From: Bacteroidia bacterium
Lineage (GTDB): Bacteria; Bacteroidota; Bacteroidia; J057
Length of the DNA: 24,000 bases
Reading direction: 5' to 3'
NCBI GenBank assembly: GCA_022760475.1
Contig: JALEFZ010000043.1
Location: 98,334-122,333 of the forward strand
Shown here piece by piece: positions 8,623-14,658 of this stretch. Position 1 is the first letter of the stretch. The number at the start of each line of letters is the position of its first letter. Below the pieces are notes generated by a model, which worked only from the letters and a program-made list of their open reading frames with translations, ran no database searches and was not told the origin of the DNA. Position numbers and translations under genes: made by a program.

Positions 8623-9618
8623 TTGGATAAGAAAAATCTTTCAACGGCCCCAATCGTAAGGCGATACCGCAATATTGCTGGCATCACGGTTGGGGCTGTT
8701 ATTGTTCTAATATTTGTCGGAGGGCTAGTGCGGATGACTGGAAGTGGTATGGGCTGCCCGGACTGGCCACAGTGCTTTGGACAATGGGTCCCTCCAACAG
8801 ATATTTCCCAACTTCCTGCTGATTATAAACAACAGTTTGCTGTCCAAGGAAGGGAAATTGCGGATTTTGATCCGGTAAAAACATGGATCGAATACATCAA
8901 CAGATTGGTTGGTGTTCTGATTGGGTTCTTTGCTTTGCTTACATTACTTTTCTCAATTCCGATGAGAAAAATTCACCCAAGATTTCTTTGGACATCTCTT
9001 ATTGCCTTCCTGAGCGTAGGCTTTCAGGGCTGGCTAGGGTCTATAGTCGTCAAGACTGACCTATCCGAAGGAATGATTACCCTGCATATGATTGTTGCCA
9101 TGGTAATTTTGGGAATGTACTTGTGGGGATGGCTTTCCTCCTACGATTTTGAGATTCAAAACAAGGAGGAAAGTAGCAAACTTACAGGCTGGCTGATAGC
9201 AGGAGTTCTCGTGCTCGTGGTTGCGCAAATCATTTTGGGTACCCAGGTCAGAGAAGGGATTGATGTATTGGCTAAAGAAATGGGAGAAGCTGAAAGGGCT
9301 AATTGGATTGATAATCTAGGGGTGGTTTACAATATTCACTCCTTCTATTATTTCCTATTGCTTGCTGTAATTGGTCTCTGGGTTCACTTGAGGAGATATT
9401 CTTCATCAAGGCTTTTTACTGGACTAAAGAATAGCATGCTAATTTTATTGTCCCTGGAAATTTTGTTGGGAATTGGTATGCACCGTCTGGATATTCCTAA
9501 AGTATTTCAGCCCTTGCACCTTTTGCTGGCGACGCTCATTTTTGCAAGCCTCTTTGCTCAATTGGTCGTTTTTCTTAAGGCAAAAACAAACAAAACAGAA
9601 GAAATGGCCTCAGTTTAA
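8623..9618 (+). CDS. ctaA: Heme A synthase (CtaA/COX15 family)
   Basis: It contains RMTGSGMGCPDWPQCFG and multiple TM helices with conserved His (ITLHMIVA, LHLLLA). The proposed start is the in-frame TTG at 8623, one nt after the coxI stop. The ATG at 8518 in the ORF track would overlap coxI by 104 nt and add a K/R-rich alternate-frame artefact. The start is not certain. Confidence 0.8.
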   Translation: MDKKNLSTAPIVRRYRNIAGITVGAVIVLIFVGGLVRMTGSGMGCPDWPQCFGQWVPPTDISQLPADYKQQFAVQGREIADFDPVKTWIEYINRLVGVLIGFFALLTLLFSIPMRKIHPRFLWTSLIAFLSVGFQGWLGSIVVKTDLSEGMITLHMIVAMVILGMYLWGWLSSYDFEIQNKEESSKLTGWLIAGVLVLVVAQIILGTQVREGIDVLAKEMGEAERANWIDNLGVVYNIHSFYYFLLLAVIGLWVHLRRYSSSRLFTGLKNSMLILLSLEILLGIGMHRLDIPKVFQPLHLLLATLIFASLFAQLVVFLKAKTNKTEEMASV

Positions 9619-9641
9619 TCCCTGGGGTTTTTACAACTAAT

Positions 9642-10538
9642 ATGCTGACTAAAGACAAAATACAAGTTTCTTCAAAAGGCTCTCTCATCAAGGAGAAGCT
9701 GGGAGCTTATGTTGAACTACTGAAGTTTAAGCTATCCCTACTGGTTGCTGTTTCCGGTATTTTTGGTTATGCCATGGCCGCAGGAACAAATAGCACATGG
9801 TTGGGAGGATTCGTAGTTGGTCTCGGGGCATTGCTGGTTACGGGAGCTTCAAATACCCTTAATCAGGTAATGGAGATTGAGTACGATAAGTTGATGAAAC
9901 GTACCGAAAACAGACCTCTTCCTACAGGAAAACTTAATTCTATAGAAGCTACGGTTTATGCCATACTGATAGGGAGCTTGGGGATTGTCCTGATGGGTTT
10001 ATACTTTAACCTGGCTGCTGCCTTGTTAAGTGTTATCGCTCTGTTGTCCTATGCCTTTGTCTATACCCCCATGAAACGGATTTCTCCTATTGCAGTGTTT
10101 ATAGGAGCTATTCCAGGTGCTTTGCCTCCATTGATTGGCTGGGTTGCAGTAACTGGAGAACTAGGCATAGGAGGAATTATTCTTTTTATTTTCCAGTTTT
10201 TCTGGCAGTTTCCTCATTTCTGGGCGATTGCATGGTTGGCTGAAGAAGATTATAAAAAGGCTGGTTTCAAAATGATGCCGAGTAGCGCTGGGAAAACACC
10301 CTTCAGTGCATTTTTGATATTCATCTATGCGTTTTCTTTGGTTCCTCTGACCTGGTTTGCATGGCAGACTGAGCTTGTAGGGCTTTGGGGAGCGATAGGA
10401 CTTGTCATTGCAGGTATCCTTTTCTCGGTTCCGGCTTGGATGCTCTACAGGACTATGGAGAAGAAGTTTGCAAGGCAAGTTATGTTTGCATCATTTGCAT
10501 ACTTGCCTCTGATTCAGCTAGTATTTTTATTTGGATAA
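9642..10538 (+). CDS. cyoE: Protoheme IX farnesyltransferase (heme O synthase, UbiA family)
   Basis: 298-aa polytopic protein with UbiA-type motifs (GASNTLNQVMEIEYDKLMKRTENRPLPTG). It is adjacent to ctaA. Confidence 0.9.
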   Translation: MLTKDKIQVSSKGSLIKEKLGAYVELLKFKLSLLVAVSGIFGYAMAAGTNSTWLGGFVVGLGALLVTGASNTLNQVMEIEYDKLMKRTENRPLPTGKLNSIEATVYAILIGSLGIVLMGLYFNLAAALLSVIALLSYAFVYTPMKRISPIAVFIGAIPGALPPLIGWVAVTGELGIGGIILFIFQFFWQFPHFWAIAWLAEEDYKKAGFKMMPSSAGKTPFSAFLIFIYAFSLVPLTWFAWQTELVGLWGAIGLVIAGILFSVPAWMLYRTMEKKFARQVMFASFAYLPLIQLVFLFG

Positions 10539-10590
10539 CTAATATGCTGAGCCGGGTTTTACAGGTTCAGTTGTTTAAAAAGCGATTAAG

Positions 10591-11211
10591 ATGAGTGCTT
10601 ACAGTTATGAGATGGACTATCGCAATTATATCATCCATCCACTAAAATTTGCCTTGTGGCTTTTCATCCTGACGGTCGTGATGATCTTCGGAGGATTCAC
10701 AAGTGCTTATATCGTACAAGCCGATGCGCTTCAAGAAAGCCAAAGGCTAATTTATGATTTGCCTCCGCTTCTTTGGAGGAACCTGGCAGTGATACTTGTA
10801 AGTAGTGTTACTTTACAGTTTGCTATTTACTTTGGAAAACGCAACAACAGAGACTTTTCCCTACTGGGGCTTTTTATGACCTTTGGTTTGGGATTACTCT
10901 TTTTATATGGTCAATGGGATGCTTTTGGACAACTTACTGAAAGTGGACTCCCATTTGTAGATCCGGACAGAACTGATAATTCTATCGCGTTCTTCTACGT
11001 GATCACAGGCCTGCATGGCATGCACATTGTTGCTGCCTTGTTGGTAGTTCTTTTTGTACTAATCAAAACGCTCACCAACTCTTTCAAGCCAGGAAAGCTT
11101 GCTTTAAATCTGGAGTTGGCCGGAACTTTTTGGCATTTTCTAGGACTTTTATGGATCTATCTGTTCTTGTTCCTGAAATTTATGCCAGATGCTTTGAAGG
11201 AGAGCATTTGA
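10591..11211 (+). CDS. Cytochrome c oxidase subunit III family protein (short, 5-TM type)
   Basis: 206 aa. It carries FFYVITGLHGMHIVAALLV and GTFWHFLGLLWIYLFLFL, which match the helix VI/VII signatures of subunit III. Confidence 0.82.
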   Translation: MSAYSYEMDYRNYIIHPLKFALWLFILTVVMIFGGFTSAYIVQADALQESQRLIYDLPPLLWRNLAVILVSSVTLQFAIYFGKRNNRDFSLLGLFMTFGLGLLFLYGQWDAFGQLTESGLPFVDPDRTDNSIAFFYVITGLHGMHIVAALLVVLFVLIKTLTNSFKPGKLALNLELAGTFWHFLGLLWIYLFLFLKFMPDALKESI

Positions 11212-11261
11212 AATATTAATTTGCCGACATATTACTTTTTTACATATCACACACATTTAAA

Positions 11262-12512
11262 ATGGCAGACGTTTCAGTAGATCCCAAGGCACTCTCAGAA
11301 GGAGAACGCCCGATATTCCAGGCCAGTTGGGGCAAACTGTTCATGTGGTTCTTCCTCGTGTCAGATGCCTTTACATTCTCTGGATTGTTAATTGCTTATG
11401 GCGCATTAAGGGTTCGTGCAGGTTCAGATGGTTACAACTGGGCATTGCCTGAAGAGGTATTTACCCACGCACCGATCCTACACGAAATTTTCCACATTGA
11501 TGCACCGCTGGTATTCGTAGGTTTGATGACCTTCGTTCTTATCCTTTCCAGTGTTACCATGGTACTGGCTGTAGAAGCTGGACACAGGAAATCAAAGAAA
11601 GAAGTACAGAAATGGGTATTCTGGACCATCATTGGCGGGATTACCTTCCTTTCTTGTCAGGCATATGAGTGGTATCACTTTATCTCAGGAACCGGAATTT
11701 ATTACAACGCAGAAGATCATCGATTTGAAAGTGGGGGGATGATGCTCAGTGCATCCTTGTTAGAAGAATCTCAAGAGACAGCACCCAAGATTGTCGGACT
11801 GGAGGACAAAAAGGTAATAGTATTCTATCCTGGAGGTCTGGAACATTTCTACGAAAACAAAATCCACGGCGCTCATGGAGGCGATGGTGGCGGTGGTCAT
11901 GAAGAAGCCACTAAGTTAGGACTTAGAAACGGTGCCGAAATTACCAATAAAGGTGACATCAAAAAGCTTCTTGAGCATGCTCACCATTCTCACGATGGAT
12001 CTTTTGTGATGAAATGGGATGAAGTAGGCAAAAGTGGCCTTGAAAAAATATTGAAGAAAACAGGTACTACTCCTGCTGACATCGCATCTGTGAAAGTATA
12101 TGCACAGAAGTCTATCAATGGAGATACCCTGCGAATGGTTATGAGAAATGGTTATGAGATTACTTATCCTTCTCTTATCCAGACACTCAAAAAACCAGGC
12201 GTAAAGGTGGATCAAGAAGGGCATATAGCCAAGATTGAAGAAGATGGATACTATCCATCTCAAGGAGGAGCCAGCATGTACGCCAACCAATATGGACGTA
12301 AAGCCTTCGCCAACCTGTTTTTCTTTGTTACAGGCTTCCATGGTACTCACGTATTTTCAGGAGTTATCCTGCTGATCATTCTTTACCTGAATGTTCGTAA
12401 AGGAACCTATGAGAAGCGCGGACACTATGAGATGACAGAAAAAATTGGTCTCTACTGGCACTTTGTAGACCTGGTATGGGTATTCGTATTTACCTTCTTC
12501 TACCTGGTTTAG
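11262..12512 (+). CDS. Cytochrome c oxidase subunit III family protein with a large soluble insertion
   Basis: 416 aa. CQAYEWYHF (aa 132-140) and FFFVTGFHGTHVFSGV (aa 353-368) plus LYWHFVDLVWVFVF are subunit III signatures. The first two are separated by about 210 residues that lack hydrophobic helices. Confidence 0.8.
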   Translation: MADVSVDPKALSEGERPIFQASWGKLFMWFFLVSDAFTFSGLLIAYGALRVRAGSDGYNWALPEEVFTHAPILHEIFHIDAPLVFVGLMTFVLILSSVTMVLAVEAGHRKSKKEVQKWVFWTIIGGITFLSCQAYEWYHFISGTGIYYNAEDHRFESGGMMLSASLLEESQETAPKIVGLEDKKVIVFYPGGLEHFYENKIHGAHGGDGGGGHEEATKLGLRNGAEITNKGDIKKLLEHAHHSHDGSFVMKWDEVGKSGLEKILKKTGTTPADIASVKVYAQKSINGDTLRMVMRNGYEITYPSLIQTLKKPGVKVDQEGHIAKIEEDGYYPSQGGASMYANQYGRKAFANLFFFVTGFHGTHVFSGVILLIILYLNVRKGTYEKRGHYEMTEKIGLYWHFVDLVWVFVFTFFYLV

Positions 12513-12572
12513 CATAGCCTTTGACCGGAATTTATTATCTTTTAATACACCTTTATAACCAATATACCAGCT

Positions 12573-12959
12573 ATGGCTGCAGCAGATGGTGGCGCTAGCG
12601 CTAGAAAAGAAATCATTCAGACGGCTTTGATCCTGTCTGGTCTAACTGCCTTTGAGTTCTTGATTGCCTTCATATGGAAGGACGTCGGAGCTGCGATCGG
12701 GGTGGAAGAAGAGTTCGCAAAGTTGATGAAAAACCTACTCTTCATCATCCTCACCCTATTTAAAGCTTTCTATATCGTCGCTTACTTCATGCACCTTAAG
12801 CATGAAATTCGAAGACTTTCTGTAACTATCGTATTGCCCTTCCTTTTCATCATCTGGCTAATCATTGGTTTGATGCTTGAAGGTGGATACTGGGGTGCTG
12901 GAGTAGATGCTGAACAAACTACCCTCAATAAAGTTGAGATGGTAGAAGACAACGCATAA
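12573..12959 (+). CDS. Cytochrome c oxidase subunit IV (prokaryotic COX4/CyoD-like small membrane subunit)
   Basis: 128 aa with three hydrophobic helices and a KAFYIVAYFMHLKHE motif typical of the family. It sits directly after the subunit III genes. Confidence 0.7.
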   Translation: MAAADGGASARKEIIQTALILSGLTAFEFLIAFIWKDVGAAIGVEEEFAKLMKNLLFIILTLFKAFYIVAYFMHLKHEIRRLSVTIVLPFLFIIWLIIGLMLEGGYWGAGVDAEQTTLNKVEMVEDNA

Positions 12960-12978
12960 CGAGCAGCAATTAATATTT

Positions 12979-13683
12979 ATGAAGAATTTACAGGCAAGGG
13001 TAGCGCTAATGGTCATTATGGCCATACCGCTACTCTTGATTGCTTATTTTTACCTCTTTACTGAGCCTGTCTATCGAGGTATTCCACACGAATACAGCGT
13101 CGATAACGGAGATACCCTTTACCACAAACTACCTCCCTTTAAGTTGGTAAATCAATTGGGGGATACCATCACTGAAAATGATGTCAAAGGGAAGATCCTT
13201 TTTATTGATTTTTTCTCAGTAAAACCTAACCCAAAGGATGTTCGCATCATGGATGGGAACAAAGAGATCCCCTTGCGTACGGTCCTTCATGGCAACATGG
13301 CCAGGATACATAAGAAAATTAACTGGGAAAAAAATCCGGATATATTCTTCCTTTCTATCAATACTGGTGATTCGCTGACTGATATAGAATCCTATACCGG
13401 CTCTGTCCAATGGCCTGAGAACAACTGGTGGGTCCTTCATGGTCCTCAAACCGAGGTTTTGAAGATTGGTCAAGCGGCATTCAAGTGGGAAGAGTTTGAT
13501 GGATTGAATGCACCTTTCCAGCCTATAACCGGGACACGTGTTGCCATGGTAGATAAGGCAGGTAGCCCTCGGGGATATTACCTCGCTACAGATCTGCAGC
13601 AAGAGAGGCAAATGCTACAGGATTATGTCGCCTTGCTTCGATTTGATTATCCAGAAGAAACAAAAGCTATCCGTGAGCGTTAA
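12979..13683 (+). CDS. SCO1/SenC-like thioredoxin-fold protein lacking the CxxxC/His copper ligands
   Basis: An N-terminal TM anchor is followed by a by-eye alignment to SCO proteins: PPFKLVNQLGDTITENDVKGKILFIDFF, IFFLSINTGD, NWWVLHG and VAMVDKAGSPRGYY. The protein contains no cysteine at all. Confidence 0.6.
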   Translation: MKNLQARVALMVIMAIPLLLIAYFYLFTEPVYRGIPHEYSVDNGDTLYHKLPPFKLVNQLGDTITENDVKGKILFIDFFSVKPNPKDVRIMDGNKEIPLRTVLHGNMARIHKKINWEKNPDIFFLSINTGDSLTDIESYTGSVQWPENNWWVLHGPQTEVLKIGQAAFKWEEFDGLNAPFQPITGTRVAMVDKAGSPRGYYLATDLQQERQMLQDYVALLRFDYPEETKAIRER

Positions 13684-13701
13684 GGCTAAAAGTCAAATTT
13701 A

Positions 13702-14262
13702 ATGAGTACAGTACAAGCGAAATTTAGTGATAAGAGGTACGAACGAATCATCTGGGTAGTTTCCATTGTCATCCCTATTGTAGTAGGTGTATTGCTCAAT
13801 CCGAGGGTAGAACTCATCCAGAATCCAAGTGAAGGCCTGACTGCATTTGCCAAAAACCTCCCCTATGTAAATGCCACCATCAACTCCCTGGTGTCGATTT
13901 GTTTGGTAATTGGCTTTTTGATGATCAAAAATGGGAAAAGAGAAACCCACCAGAAATTTATGGTTGGAGCATTCGTCCTTTCAGCCCTTTTCCTGGTCAG
14001 CTACGTAACGTATCATGTAATCATTGGGCATGTGCCTTACTGTGATGGGAATCTTGCATCAAAAGGGCTCTATTACACCATACTAGTCTCACACATTGTC
14101 CTGTCAGTCTCTATCGTGCCATTGGCCTCTTTTTCCATTTACAGGGCAGTGAATATGACTTACGAGCGTCACAAGAAGTTGTCCAGAATTACTTTCCCGC
14201 TTTGGTTGTATGTATCTGTAACTGGCGTTATTGTGGTAATTTTGAACTCACCATGTTATTAA
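13702..14262 (+). CDS. DUF420 membrane protein (CtaM/YozB-like, oxidase biogenesis associated)
   Basis: 186 aa with 4-5 TM helices. The C-terminal HKKLSRITFPLWLYVSVTGVIVVIL resembles the DUF420 signature. Its position at the end of the cox operon fits. Confidence 0.65.
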   Translation: MSTVQAKFSDKRYERIIWVVSIVIPIVVGVLLNPRVELIQNPSEGLTAFAKNLPYVNATINSLVSICLVIGFLMIKNGKRETHQKFMVGAFVLSALFLVSYVTYHVIIGHVPYCDGNLASKGLYYTILVSHIVLSVSIVPLASFSIYRAVNMTYERHKKLSRITFPLWLYVSVTGVIVVILNSPCY

Positions 14263-14288
14263 TTGAATGTTGAACTGAGGAGAAGAAG

Positions 14289-14555
14289 ATGAAGAAGCTA
14301 AGGTATATACTTGTATTTCTGACTTTCATTTACTGGCAAGGAAGTGAGCTTATGGCTCAGTGTTCCCAATGTAAGGCTGCCGCAGATCAAAGCAGAGATT
14401 CTGCTTACAGCTTTGAAAGCATCAATACAGCTGTCCTTTATTTACTTGCCCTGCCTTTATTCCTACCATTCGTAGTAGGTGGAATTTGGTATGTCAAAAG
14501 AAGACAAGCCTTGAAAATGAGAGCCGAAGGGCAAAATCCTGAACAGTTGGTGTAG
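14289..14555 (+). CDS. Small hypothetical membrane protein with an N-terminal signal and a CxxC motif
   Basis: 88 aa. A signal-like N-terminus is followed by AQCSQCKAAAD, one TM helix (AVLYLLALPLFLPFVVGGIWYV) and a basic tail. A GGAG lies upstream. It is the last ORF before the terminator-like hairpin. Confidence 0.5.
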   Translation: MKKLRYILVFLTFIYWQGSELMAQCSQCKAAADQSRDSAYSFESINTAVLYLLALPLFLPFVVGGIWYVKRRQALKMRAEGQNPEQLV

Positions 14556-14590
14556 GTAGAGAACTAAAGCACATTCATTCAAAAAATATG

Positions 14591-14630
14591 AAGGAATTGA
14601 TCATTTAATGGGTCAATTCCTTATTTTAAT
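14591..14630 (+). terminator. Probable intrinsic terminator of the cox operon
   Basis: aaggaattgatc (14591-14602) pairs with ggtcaattcctt (14611-14622, one G-U wobble) around an 8-nt loop. It is followed by attttaattt. Confidence 0.6.
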
Positions 14631-14658
14631 TTCAGATTCTTTTTAAATCTTTTCTCCC

